A DNA stretch of 64,000 nucleotides, taken from Trichosphaerium sp. ATCC 40318. Taxonomy: Eukaryota > Protista > Tubulinea. This document shows, piece after piece, positions 48,562 to 61,291 of this stretch. The stretch spans positions 147,906-211,905 of the forward strand of contig JALMLS010000411.1 in assembly GCA_038496445.1 (NCBI GenBank), in the 5' to 3' direction. Each line of letters starts with the position of its first letter. Within the stretch, counting starts at the first letter, position 1. The notes under the pieces were generated by a model. The model was not told the origin of the DNA, ran no database searches, and saw nothing but the letters and a program-made list of their open reading frames with translations. Made by a program: the position numbers and the translations under genes.

Positions 48562-51500
48562 ATGGCTCGTGTAAGTACAAGTATTATGTTATAGAATACT
48601 TTCACTGTTTATTCCATTGGATTTGGTTTCTAACATATATAAGGTTGGTGAACATCGCAAATACAAGAAACTTAGCGTAAAATCTGTGAGTCTACAAGAA
48701 ATTGCGAGCCTGAGCGGTGAAGAGCCTCGCTTGGGTAGTTTAGAAATAAATGGCGCGAGTGTATACCTGTCAAAGAACTACAAACCATTTATGGTACATA
48801 CAATGCTCCTTGTAACATTGGTAACCGGTACATAGGTGTATCACATTAAAGCAGTCGTAAGAGCTGGAATAGTTGAATGTTCAAGAAGTCTGGATCAGAT
48901 ACAAGAACTAGACAGAAATGCACGTAACGAATCAATGTTACCAATACATTGGTGAAAAATCTAATTTGGTAACTAGCTTGCTTCATTACTACCGTCGTGG
49001 CACGTTAAATACTACCTAAACGAGTCATTTTTCCCATGGCGCCAACCAACTGGCGCTGTGAGAGCGAGAATAGCGGTTTTGAAGGTATAGTACCAATATA
49101 TTCTCCTACCGACTCTAACTACGTTAGAAATACTTTAGAGTCGTAAGCGAACTTCCCTCGAATATCTCCGACACCCCACTCAATATTCTGACTTCAGGAA
49201 CTGCTGTATGTACTCAATAACTCAAAAACCGTACTCATTGCGAAAAATAATAGCCTTGCCACTATCCTTTACCTAAAAGTGATTCGGGTGGTTACCTTGA
49301 ACTCATTCAACGCAGAGTGTGGTCCAGATATTGGGCTGAATTAAGTTTCGGGACACTGTACCTATACGACGCACCAAAGGCACGTTTTGGTGATTTTCTT
49401 ACCGCATTTCTCAACTTTCTCGGTTCTTTTTTTCGATACCACCAAAAACTGCCGAAACCTTATTTGATGTGTGCAAAACAACCCAACCTACACTGAGCAT
49501 ACTTGTTTTTTCTTTTAATGTTGGCACAACCTTCCAAATCAAGCTCTCATTATCGGAGTTTCCATTTTACGCAAAAAACTTAATTTACGCAAAAAAAAAA
49601 AGGAACCAACGAAAGGTTTTTTCCCTGTTTTCCGGAAGAAGAAAATCTAGTATTATTGATTTTACCTTTAGCGGTCACATCCTTTGCGTGTTATAGAGTT
49701 TGATAAATGCACTTCTTTCGTAAGACAAGCTCCAGAAATTGGAAAAGGTGGTCGTTGCTTTATTATCAATAATAAAACAGTTTTAATGTGTTTTTGTGCG
49801 CCTACTGTGCATGAAAGCATGATTTGGCTTGATAAGCTACAATCAAACACTGGGTACAAAGAAGCGACTTTTTTTGGTTATCTAATTTCTTTAATAGGGA
49901 TCCTACAAACTATTTGACACCTACACCAGTTGAACCTTCTGTGAACTCTTGCTCATTACCGCTTATTGGTATGACAAGGTACGTGCCGATTTTTGTTGTT
50001 TTTTTTTTCCAATTTTATTCTGATTGTTTGTGACGTTTAGAGAACGCAGTGTTAAGCTCAGGCGTAAACAAGATGGTAATCTTTCGCATTCACTTGAGAC
50101 ACCACCTAAATCTGCCCCTATAAGAAGGCGACGGAAATTCTCGATGACTTTCACAGGAGGATTTACATTGAAAACTCCTACAAAACCATCCAGTCTTTCT
50201 GTTACAAAGAGTAAGGTAGATCAGGAAATAGCAAAGTAAGTTAAAATATCTATTGATTCTATAATATTTAAACATAATATCTGAACAGGTACCTTGAACA
50301 GCTAGCAAATGAGGAACCAGATATAACGTATGTCAAAACAATTTTTTTTTTGGCGTTTGTTGATAGTGTATTGTAGTAAGATGAACACCTTTGCTGAGAA
50401 TGGTCGTGCTACAATTCTAAAATTAAGGTCAATTGCCAAGAGGATTCAAAATTGTGATGCCAGTTCGTTCACAAAGAAAGAATGTAAAGAGATTACAAAA
50501 CAATTGGCGAATATGCTACAAGAAGATGACGAATCAAAAAAACACCTTGAAACAAAACTACTCTTTATATTTACAGAATTCACCAGATCAATGGAATATG
50601 CTGGTCGTAGTACGTGTCAAGAAAGAAAAAACTAATTCACAGAAAACCAGCTTTCCTGTTTTTTTTTAGTGAACATTTTGACACATTGCAATGTGTCATG
50701 TCAATTTTTTCGTATTTTTAATTTATTTTTATTGATGTTTCTTCTGTTACTGTAGTGTCTCCAGTAGTTGCCAGACGTACACCCAAAGTCCCCAATTTAA
50801 ACCTACCAAAGCCATTGATTGATGATGAAGAAGACGATATTGTAGACAATGAACTCATTGTTTGTCGTCTATGTGAAAATAAGGTAGCAAAAGATGATAT
50901 TGATACGCACACAAGGTTTGTCGGTTTTTTGTTGGTATTGTAAATAACGTTATACACTATAGTTTGTGCTCTGTATTTAGTGAACTTGACCTCAAAAGCC
51001 GAAGCTGTGATGAACGTTTGCACCATATTGTTGATATGATTTCTGATACGATTAAACAACAAGGTCCTAATATGTCAGAGCAAGAGCGAGCTTCTCTCAA
51101 AGAGTTAGCATCACACGCTTCATCGTATGTCCTCCAGGTTTCTATTTTAGTCATAATTAACTGGTTGAAATAGAGCAATGTGCTTACATTTTGATGGCTC
51201 TAAAGAGTCAAAGAAAAAAGCAGCAGATATGATATCTGAGCTTAGAAATGCTCCAGGCAATGTAATATTTGAAACGCTCGCTAATTTTGTAAGAGAAATT
51301 GTACGTAATGCTTTTCTTGCTCTACGAAAAATCTACTTGCTTTTTCTTCTTTTTTTTTATTCTTACAGTTTTTTTTCTACAGATACAAGAGAAGCTTAAG
51401 TCCCTTGTTGAGTATGGACACCTTATATCTAGTAAAGTTCTAGATGTTCCTTCTCCAAGGTCAAACCGTAAATCTACACCACAGAAGGATACTCTGACCA

Positions 51501-53455
51501 ATTTTATAAATTTGTTTGGAACTGTTAAAACAAGTGCGTTAAGAACAAGAAATTAGTTATTTTTTTCCTTTCTGACTTGTTTTTACTTTCTAGATTCACC
51601 AAAGAATTCACGAATGGTGATGACACCTAGAGGAACAAGACGTCATGTCTCAATAAGTGATTTTCATATTATTAAGTTAATTAGTCGTGGTGCTTTTGGG
51701 TGAGTGTTTGATAACCCATTTTATTTATGGGTTTTTTTATCTGATATTTATCATAGACGTGTTTATATGGCGACCAAAAAAAGTACTGGCGATTTATATG
51801 CTATCAAAGTAAGTACCTTTTAATATCTTAAATTGAATATGAAGGTGTATTAATCCGTGACTTAGGTAATCAATAAGCGTGATGTAATTACAAGAAAAAA
51901 TGGAAAAGGTATCTCATAACTCACTTGATAACAATTGTTGTGTTAATATATGTTCGCTTTAGATTATATCATTGCTGAACGTAACGCACTTGCACGTGCA
52001 AAAAATGACTTTGTTGTTAAAATGTATTACGCATTTCAGTCTGAGGTACACCAACACGCTTTATACAATAGGTGTATACATAATTCTTACTTTTTTAGAA
52101 CCATATTTATATGGTTATGGAATACTTGATAGGCGGTGATTTAGCAACATTATTGAGCAACCTTAGTTATCTCGATGAGGTACCTAATCCTTTTTTTTTG
52201 TTGGATTAAGCTCTGACGTCAAGATCTAAATATTTTTATTAGGATATGGCTCAAGTCTACGCTGCTGAGATTGTATTATCTTTAGAGTACTTACATTCTA
52301 TTGGTATCATACATAGGGATCTAGTAAGTTTTGTTATAGTGAGATAATTTAATACATTGTTAACAGTTCGTTTTTAGAAGCCAGATAATATTTTAATTGC
52401 AGATAACGGGCACTTAAAAGTATGCTATTACTGTTTATTATTTTTTACTAAATTCTTTTGCCAAGTTGACTGATTTTGGCTTGTCCTTAGTCTCTCTAAA
52501 GGCAGCGAGTAATGTTAAAGAGGTTTCAGATCCTCTTTTGCACTTGGTAATCAACCAAGAGCATGAAACCACTGATAAGAGTATGGTTGGTACTCCGGAT
52601 TATTTGTCACCTGAAATACTACTTGGATACTCTCACAGTACGTATACAAGATCTTTTGTGATGATTTATGAGCTAAATCATATTCTTTAGGTTCTGCTGT
52701 GGATTGGTGGGCACTAGGAGTACTCATATTTGAGTTCTTAGCTGGTTATCCGCCTTTTAGTGGAGATACACCAGAAGAAATATTTGGCAATATTCTTAAT
52801 AGAAAATTTTTTTTCCCAGATAGTTTCTCACCTGAAGCTCGTGATTTAATATCAAAGCTTCTTGAACGTGACCCTAAAAAGCGATTAGGTAGCACAGGTA
52901 CTAACATTGCTTTCCTTTTTGAAAGTAGGGAGGCTGAGATGGGCTCACAGTTTTGGTTTTTTTTAGGTATCGGTGAAATAAAAAATCACCAATTTTTTAA
53001 AGACATTTCATGGGATACGTTGCGCCAACAAGATCGTAACAATATTTTTGTACCAAAGCCTTCATCTAAAGAAGATACTACATATCATACTTGTAAGTCA
53101 AGATGCCTACTAAACGGCATCAAAAACAAATATTTCGGGTGTTTTTTTTTGTTAGGATTTTCTTTGACTTTGTTTTTCGCAGCTCGGACTTCCATTTATG
53201 GCACTGAAGATGCTACTCCTGATGCTCTTGCTAAAGAGGTATGTTATTTTTATACATTTGAAGCGTTTATTCATTGTTACTTAGGACAGTGAGAGCGTCC
53301 CTGGTCGAAATGTGAGCAAGTCTCATATTCCTGGCTTCGAGTTTGAAAACCTCGAATTTTTAGCTTTAAAGAATGATAGTGGGAGAAAAACTGCTCGTGG
53401 ATTACGCCGACCAAAAGCCGGTAGGCATAGACGAACAAATTCTAGTGTAACATAA
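48562..53455 (+). CDS. AGC kinase of the IRE/Rim15/Greatwall-MAST type with N-terminal PX-like and PH domains
   Basis: PH (WSRYWAELS..LYLY..WLDKLQ); C2H-type finger CRLCE...THT; SISDFHIIKLISRGAFG, HRDLKPDN, DFG, VGTPDYLSPE, DWWALG. Confidence 0.88.
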
Positions 53456-53699
53456 AGTGGCTCCTATTTCTCTTGTAGAATAAAAAAAAACAAAACAATT
53501 TTTCAAATCAAAAAACAAATAAAGAAGATGTGAAACATCACCTCATTTCACATCTCGGTAGATAATAGAGATAAGTTTTTTGAAGTACCCACAACTATGT
53601 TATTGTTCTCTTTGCACTGAGTTATTCCATCACTTCAAAGCCAGTTCGTGTTAACCGATTTCATTGAATCATTTGGAAGTTGACTTATAACACAACTGT

Positions 53700-54785
53700 T
53701 GATTACAACATTTAGAAACAAAAAAGTGTTTAAAAGAGAACAGCTATGCTATGAGAATCTTTTCCGTCTTCGATGTAGCAACTTGGGTTTCTTGATGGCG
53801 TTCTATTGTTCCAATTGGCGAACCGTGCTTCGTGGAAGAACAAATTTTGTTAACGGCTCTTTAGATAAATTAGTTCTGGTTATATTTGCTTCTCGCTGTC
53901 TCAAGTAGTAAATACAAGCAACCTCATTATTGCTGACAATAACCTGTTGTACGCGTTCATCGCCTACTACTACATCATAATCAGGAGCCAAATTCTCTTC
54001 GTATGAATGCTTAGTAGTTGTAGGGCAACCACAAATTCTAAACAAAAAAAAAAGTTACAACAAGAACGAGTGAAAGTACACAGTACAAAAACATGTAAAT
54101 GCACATACCATGCCTTGGTCGTCGCTCATAATTCTATCACCAGGACGTAAACTACTCAAGAATCTGTTACCAAGTCGTGCATAATAGCTATTATACCAGA
54201 GACTTGTATTGCGACAACCAAAATATTTCGAGTTACAATAGATAGATTTATTGGATGAGGAAACAGTAGTGGGTGCTTTAGTTATGAGTTTATGTTTAAA
54301 ATGCTTTTTTAAGACGAAATTAACGGAACTAACGGCAAAAACAACAAGTTTGCTGATTGGCAAATCCGATTAGTTCCAGAGTATTATCGAGATGCAGTAG
54401 AGACATTGCTATGCTGATTAGGGCATGAAATCACAACTGGAAAGCAGCTGTTTTGGTTTGGGAATGTATAGCCTGAAACTGCAAGCTGTTCACTGTTATA
54501 GCAGCGACACGCTATAAAAGACATGTGCCTGGTTCTTTGATAGCAGTGTCTACTTGCGCTCTTTTAAGTCGAAAACATGCTACCTTGCATTAGCACGTTG
54601 GCTCTGTATAGTGTAACGCATTTGTAAGTTTGGTCATTTTCTTGACTTATAAATTTACGCGTTGGGCATTGAACGCTATTACATCTGCACGAAAAGCCGT
54701 AAGAGCACCCATGAAAGGCGTTTGTAACAACCAAAGAGCAAAAACAAGTCAAACGACAAACGACGCTACAAATAGAAGCAAACAC
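53700..54785 (-). CDS. Hypothetical Cys-containing spliced protein
   Basis: Successive minus-strand ORFs separated by GT-AG introns; boundaries uncertain. Confidence 0.4.
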
Positions 54786-55263
54786 TGTTATACGCGTAGA
54801 AATACAGCTACAGAGTAGAAACAGGAGCTTTAGAAATTATAGCATAATAAATCTCATCATAAACCTCTACTATCTAGATAATTCTCCTTCTCTTTAATAA
54901 CATAGCACACAAAGTTGGGTCACAAGGTGAACAAAATTCCACCGCTTCGCACTGTTCCGACGAAAACCCGTAAGAAGATACCTCCGTACAAATCTTTATT
55001 GATCACCCTCTCTAGTAAAACCCTATAATTTCCCTTCGCATGTGCCTATTCAATCACGTGATACGCCCTCGACGGCAACAAGAAAAACGCACACAAACCC
55101 CGTTGGAATAGATTTTCTTTATGCTGTGCGTGCTGTAATACACCTATGGTTTAAACTACTGCAACATATGAACTTAAAAAATGTCGCCTAAGCCTACACG
55201 AAGTAAAATATCACCGACTCTCGGTACCAGGGCACAACCTCTTAAAAAACCATTATTATTAAA

Positions 55264-55872
55264 ATGGCACAAAGAAAGCGCCAACAAGTTAAAAAAGCCT
55301 GCACTAATTGTCGTGTCGCTCACGCCGCTTGTGCTGAAAACAGACCTTGCCCTAGATGCGTCTTACAAGGGCTAGAACACACTTGTATAGACAAGGCAAA
55401 CACTAAACGTGCGCCTAGAGCTTCATCAAATAAAGAATTCAAAAGTGACTATTGGAATGGCCACGATGATAAAACAGTTACTTCTCAAAGGTCTATGGGT
55501 GCGCCACTGCTACCAACGCATCGACCTACAAATAGACAAAAACAACAGCAACAGCAGCAAGCGCAGCTACAGCAACAGCAAAACAGCCTACCTAACACTC
55601 AGTGGCCAGCGACACAAAACGGTAATACCTCGCCCGACAATGCGCTCAATCAAAGCAACTTGGGGCACGATATCCATCCCTTTATACACCAAATGTTTCA
55701 TACCCTCAACCAGAAGATTAGCGCTATTGAAGAGAGTCTATATCTTCAAAGTTTAAGACTTGACAGAGTCGAAGAGTCGTTGACACCATATCACGAAAGC
55801 ACATGGAATGAGCATGGCCACGTGATGTCTGATGGGTTATATCATAATGGTGGCTATACGAACCAGTGGTAG
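55264..55872 (+). CDS. Zn(II)2Cys6 binuclear cluster transcription factor
   Basis: KKACTNCRVAHAACAENRPCPRCVLQGLEHTC, poly-Q tract, C-terminal coiled coil. Confidence 0.92.
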   Translation: MAQRKRQQVKKACTNCRVAHAACAENRPCPRCVLQGLEHTCIDKANTKRAPRASSNKEFKSDYWNGHDDKTVTSQRSMGAPLLPTHRPTNRQKQQQQQQAQLQQQQNSLPNTQWPATQNGNTSPDNALNQSNLGHDIHPFIHQMFHTLNQKISAIEESLYLQSLRLDRVEESLTPYHESTWNEHGHVMSDGLYHNGGYTNQW

Positions 55873-56743
55873 CGAAGTAATTGTAGCAATTTAGAAACGA
55901 GACTAGCGAACCTTGGGAGAAAACAACAACGCTTTAAAGTACTATAAAAATTGTAAGATAGAAAAAAAAACCTGAAGCGTGTTTTGTACATAAATAGACT
56001 AAAATTAGCGAAAATCACGTGTCATGAAATTATTTCATAAGAACCTATTAATTGTCTTTCTTTTATCTAGTATCCTTCAAAAACCAAAGTTTTGTGGCGT
56101 TCAGTTTTTTCAGGTTTTTTTTTCGGTTTTGCTTGGATTTAATTAAATCACATGGCACCTCAAAGCATAATAGTTTAACTGGGTAGTACTTCTCTTTGCC
56201 CTTTTAACTTTTTTGTTTTTCGTGAGGTATATCTTTATATTCGCGCATTGACATAAACACCCAATATAAAAAAAAAGCCCGACACGAGTGTGTACTATTG
56301 TCTGAAACAAGTAACACGGAGTTAATATCGAAATAGTTTTTCACATTATTGTTTAATTACAGGTTTCTCCGTTTGAACTGCACCTGTTTTTCGCGCTGTA
56401 ATGATATTGATCCAGCGTCCTAATTCTTTTAACTAACACAAGGCTCAATAGTATGTTGCTGTCAACACTAGAATACAGCAGACCTCGCCCATTATTAAAA
56501 GACTCACAAAAATTATCATTTTTTTTTGTTTGTAAGAAAACTTCACCAAAGAAGTAAATACAGAGACGCTCCAGTAGCATTAATGTGTTGTTTTATTATA
56601 GCGTTTACTCGTATACAAAGTCTCGTTACAACTTCGAGATAATTAAAAATAGTGATGATGACCTTGGTGACACTGACTAAAAACTAAGTTTTTCGCTTAC
56701 TGCAAAAAACAATCAAGAAAAAAAGATTGCTATTCACGTGATT

Positions 56744-57271
56744 TTAGTCTCCTCCATTTGCGAACAAAAACGTCATAGAGTCTTTCTTATAAATACATAA
56801 AGCTGCATCTCCACGAACACGAACAAAGTAGTTATAAGTACCGTTGTATCCGTCCATAAAGTTAACATCAAGGATGAAGAATCTGGCTGTTTTTTCCTCG
56901 TCAAAAGCTTCAGTTGACTCTGTAGCCAATACACTCGCTTCTTTTTCCGTTTTCCATGTTCTATAAGGACTAGCGTACTTTTCGTCTTTACCACAAAGCA
57001 TTGCAACCAGTTCTTCTTGAAATTCGCTTCTAGTTATCTCTTTCATAGTTACATTGCATCCTTTATGTACCAGAGGCTTTTTAATCTCGTTTTTGCTGAC
57101 TATGTCAAGTTCTATGCTCTTATTGGTAAAATCTTGCGTAAACCGCTCTGATGTGATGTATTCAGCGATATTGACTTGCACAGGTACTTTTTTGTTGATT
57201 GTTGTGGTATATACAATCGTATTAGAGTTTAGAGTACCGTTAAGCGCAGACACGAGTTTATCAGTTGCCAT
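56744..57271 (-). CDS. Hypothetical protein, 175 aa, intronless
   Basis: Long ORF with ATG and globular composition; no motif recognised. Confidence 0.7.
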   Translation of the reverse strand: MATDKLVSALNGTLNSNTIVYTTTINKKVPVQVNIAEYITSERFTQDFTNKSIELDIVSKNEIKKPLVHKGCNVTMKEITRSEFQEELVAMLCGKDEKYASPYRTWKTEKEASVLATESTEAFDEEKTARFFILDVNFMDGYNGTYNYFVRVRGDAALCIYKKDSMTFLFANGGD

Positions 57272-57567
57272 TGTGAAGAAAGTAACTTTATCCCTTATTC
57301 CGAGTTTCAGAAACGCAGAAAACTCGATTTTTTAGCATACAGCCGAAAAGCATGATGATTGGAACGTCTCGCCAAATACTACCATTTTTTCGGAATCAGC
57401 TGAATTAGAGTCTGTATTGCGACGCGACTACAAAAAGCAGGACAAGAAAAATTGCGTCTGGTGGATACTTTCTATCACACGTGTTTTGAAAGGTTTTTCC
57501 AACTCATTTTTTCTGTGCTTAAGTCAGTTCGCCAGCGGAGAAGTAAGTATTCGTTATAGTTGTAGAG

Positions 57568-59604
57568 ATGTACGTTATCAAGTCACTCGTTTTACTAGGC
57601 GTCGTTATAGCCTGTGCGTTAGCTGTACGGATTGTAAGTGGCCTAATTTTGAATTAACGCGATAGATAGACACGCAATTGGTATGCTATTCCTGATTTAG
57701 ACTACGAACAGTCTCAAGAACTTATTACGAGCGTATGTCAAACCCTTCAACGACTTTTTCACTTTACTTTTCTTGTAGTCGCTTCTATTACAGTTTTACC
57801 CTACCAGTGATAACACCTTGTAGGTTGACACTTACGCCATTGTTTACAGAAAAATAGCAATTGTACAAGCCTCAGCATCATTAATAGCGCGTTACCCAAC
57901 AGCAACACTTCTAAAATCTGTCTCAGGTCACTTTTCTCATCTGTTAACGCGTTGCTTAAGTTAACTTTTACTCAAGGAGATAACGAAGAGCTATTAGTTG
58001 TTCATTCTATTCAAGAAGAGGGAAAAGAGTCTCTGATAGATTTTGTAGGCGGATTAAGCTTAAACGATGTTTTACTGGCAGATGTTAAGCGTCACTACGC
58101 TGTACTACCTTCTTCAATTCCACTAGGATTATACGATGAGATCACAGCTGATCCTAGTCTTGTTTTGTTTCACACCTCTACGTTCCCAATGCGTCCTGTA
58201 AGAAGTTACGGTAAAAAGTTCAATTACACCGAAGCAGAAAAAAGGCAAGTTCGAACGTTCTCAGCGTAGAACTGGAGCCAAGGAATTGTTAACGGTAAAT
58301 AGAAGCATCAAAGATCTCGTTGAGTCTGTGGATCGTGCAGCACTTCTCTCAACAGTAACCGAACTTTCGTCTCCTGAGATCTTTTCAAGGTAAGTTGTTT
58401 CTTGTTGAATAGTGTTAAAAAAAAAAGATTAGCAACTAAATTATCTAAACAAAGTTGTTAAGGTGTTCACGTGACCCAGGTGCTAAGTTAGCTCAAGACT
58501 GGATAGAAGAGAAATTTAAATCATTTGGATTACCTACAGAAACGTTCAACTTTAGAGCTGATATGAGCGATAACGTAATCGCAGAATTGAAAGGTACCAC
58601 AAAGAATTCTTATTTTTTTCTGTATTTGAGTGAGTGTCTTAACATACTCTACTAGGCACTGAACAACCAGATTTGATTGTTGTTGTCGGTGGCCATTATG
58701 ACAGCCGTGCTGCAAATAGCGGATGCGCTAATCAAAGGTATATTCAATTAAGGAGGTTGGTTTTTTTAAAAAAACCTTTAGAGCACCAGGAGCTGACGAC
58801 AATGCTTCTGGAACTGCAACTGTTATAGAAATGGCAAGATTATTTACAGAAAAGAAGGCTAGATTCAAGTATACAATACAATTCATGGCGTTCAGTGGAG
58901 AAGAGCAAGGTCTTCTAGGATCTGCTGCAATTGCTAATTACGTATGATTTTATCTTTCTTACCAAGCCACACGAAGAGTTTAATCAGTCTTTAGATGGCT
59001 AATCAAGGAGACCGTGTTGTTGCCATGATGAACTTTGATATGACATCTCACCGCGCTTCAGGTATTTATATTTTTTGTATCACTTGCTGCCCTCAAAGTC
59101 AAATTGTAGTTTCTCTAGTCTACTAGAAGACTGCCAGTGTAAATTAACATTTTGTTGAGGTGAATCTATCCAACTTGGATTCAAACCAAACGGAACTCCC
59201 TCTCTCACTGAAGAGATGATTGAGTTAGCGAATGCGGTATGATACAAAACAAAAAAAAGGAATGTTGCTAAACTTACAATATTAGTACATTCCAAGTGGT
59301 AGCCATCGTGTTTGCTACGGATTGTCTGGTTCAAGTGATTTCAGATCTTTTATCAACGCAGGTTCGTTTCGCAAAATTTTACAGCAATGGTTTTCTGTCT
59401 TTCTTCTAAAAATGTTGTCAAGGGTACCAAGGTGTTGGTTTTTTTGAGAGATGTGGCGGAATTGTCAACCCTTGTTATCACAGAGAGTGCGATGAAATAG
59501 CTAGCAATAGTGCAAATGATTTTGATCAAGTAAAAGTTATTGCTCAAGGTGGTGTTGCCGGTGTTGCCACTACTGCTGGATTCCTTGGTTTTGGTGATGA
59601 ATAA
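57568..59604 (+). CDS. Secreted M28 family zinc aminopeptidase
   Basis: Signal MYVIKSLVLLGVVIACALA; GGHYDS, GADDNASG, FSGEEQG, MNFDM, SDF. Confidence 0.92.
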
Positions 59605-59812
59605 AAAGGCATTCGGAAAATCTTGGAATTTCTACTGGAAAATCTCCTTTGAAGTTTAATGATCCGCTCCAAACCCCACTCCACTATAATATAAATAAAC
59701 ATATGTTTCTACCAAGACTAATTCCAACAGCTTGATAGCCAAGTCAACTTCGCAAAATCAAAAATTTGAGAGCCTTCACTGAAACAATACAGATAGAAAT
59801 TAAAACACGGAA

Positions 59813-61207
59813 ATGTCACACATTGGACCTGGTGGGCGACCTGTTGAGCTACTGAAAAGCCTAAACATACGTAAAACAACCTCTGGGCGCGACAAAGATG
59901 GTAGTGCTATTTATTTCACCCTCAACAGCGAAATTCAGGTGTTTGAGAAGCCCTTACATATTATTGGCGTAATTTCTGTATCGGAAAATGAAATTGTTCT
60001 TGTTGATAACAGTTTTACAGTTTATTCGCACGACATACGCACAGAAAAGGTACAGCGTAGATGTACAGGATGTATTGTAGCTTATTCGCAAATTAGACCG
60101 AAATACTTTATAAGACCCCTAATGGAGAGCAAAATGATGTAAACGGCGTAATTTATAAACACGGGTTCCTTGCAAGTTGTTGTATGGAGGGTATAGCTGT
60201 TTTTAACATAGATACACGCCGGTACAAATTTTTTTTTGCAATTTTCTTGTTTTCTCACGTGTTTTAGATTTCGAATATTTCCGGCTAAGTATCCAACACA
60301 ATTCCATTCAATTGATATCAACATGTTGGCCTCAAGTCCTAGTCTTGTAGTAGGACAAAAACACGAGGTAAAAGGTACGTCGAAACATCAGATTTTAATC
60401 GAATCTCAGGCTGTATTGTAGTTTATGATTTGCGATCTGGAGGTCGTGTGGGTCAATCAAGGCTAGAGTGTAAATGTGTTAAGATACACCCTGGTGGTAA
60501 TAAGTTCTTGGTCGTGTCAGTAGATGGTTTATTTTCTATTTGTACAATTTCACCATCAGGTATAACTGAAACAGAGATTGGTCGGACAAATCATTCTTCC
60601 ACTATAAATTCATGTGATTGGAGGCAAGATGGTAGAACGTTTGTTATTTGTTCTCTATACAGTATTGAAATGTGGTCATTTCCGGACGTCAATTTACTTT
60701 GGTGCAAAAACAACGTGTGACTCATTTTTCTGTAGTATTTTGATAGTGTGTTTAGGGAGCTGCTAGCCTCTCTCGATTTGTGCCTTATTCAAATGTTGTT
60801 GTCGACCTAATTACCAAAGCTATTGTAATTTATTCTGGAACTGTAAGGAATAACACCAACGATAGATGCAACCGCCAAATTGTGAACAAAACACATGAAG
60901 AAAACTTCACTTTTTCAGAACTCGGAAATGAATTAATAATTGGTACGTAATTATCTTATTTTTTTCGCGTACCCGGGTCACGTGATTAACAAAAATTCAT
61001 TTTTTAGCATCAAGTCAAACTATTAAAATATGGAAAAGAGTAACAGTACCTCCTTTAATGGAATTATGTATAGCTTATATTCAAGAAAGAATGAGCGTAG
61101 AAGAAGTAAATGGTAAACTACCAGAAAGTATCTTGACAAGAATTTTTTCAGATCAATTAAAACCGATAAACAAAAGCAAGGATGAGAAGGGTTGTATAAT
61201 ACAATAG
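59813..61207 (+). CDS. WD40 protein with C-terminal BC/SOCS-box and CaaX motif
   Basis: WD-like repeats (HSSTINSCDWRQDG, IKIW); last exon VPPLMELCIAYI...LPESI...KGCIIQ*. Confidence 0.75.
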
Positions 61208-61291
61208 TAATAATTATTAATAATTTAAAAATCAAGATGCAGAAGCATCACAATAAAGTGAACTTAAAAAGAATCTCTTGCTCGCTTAAGG

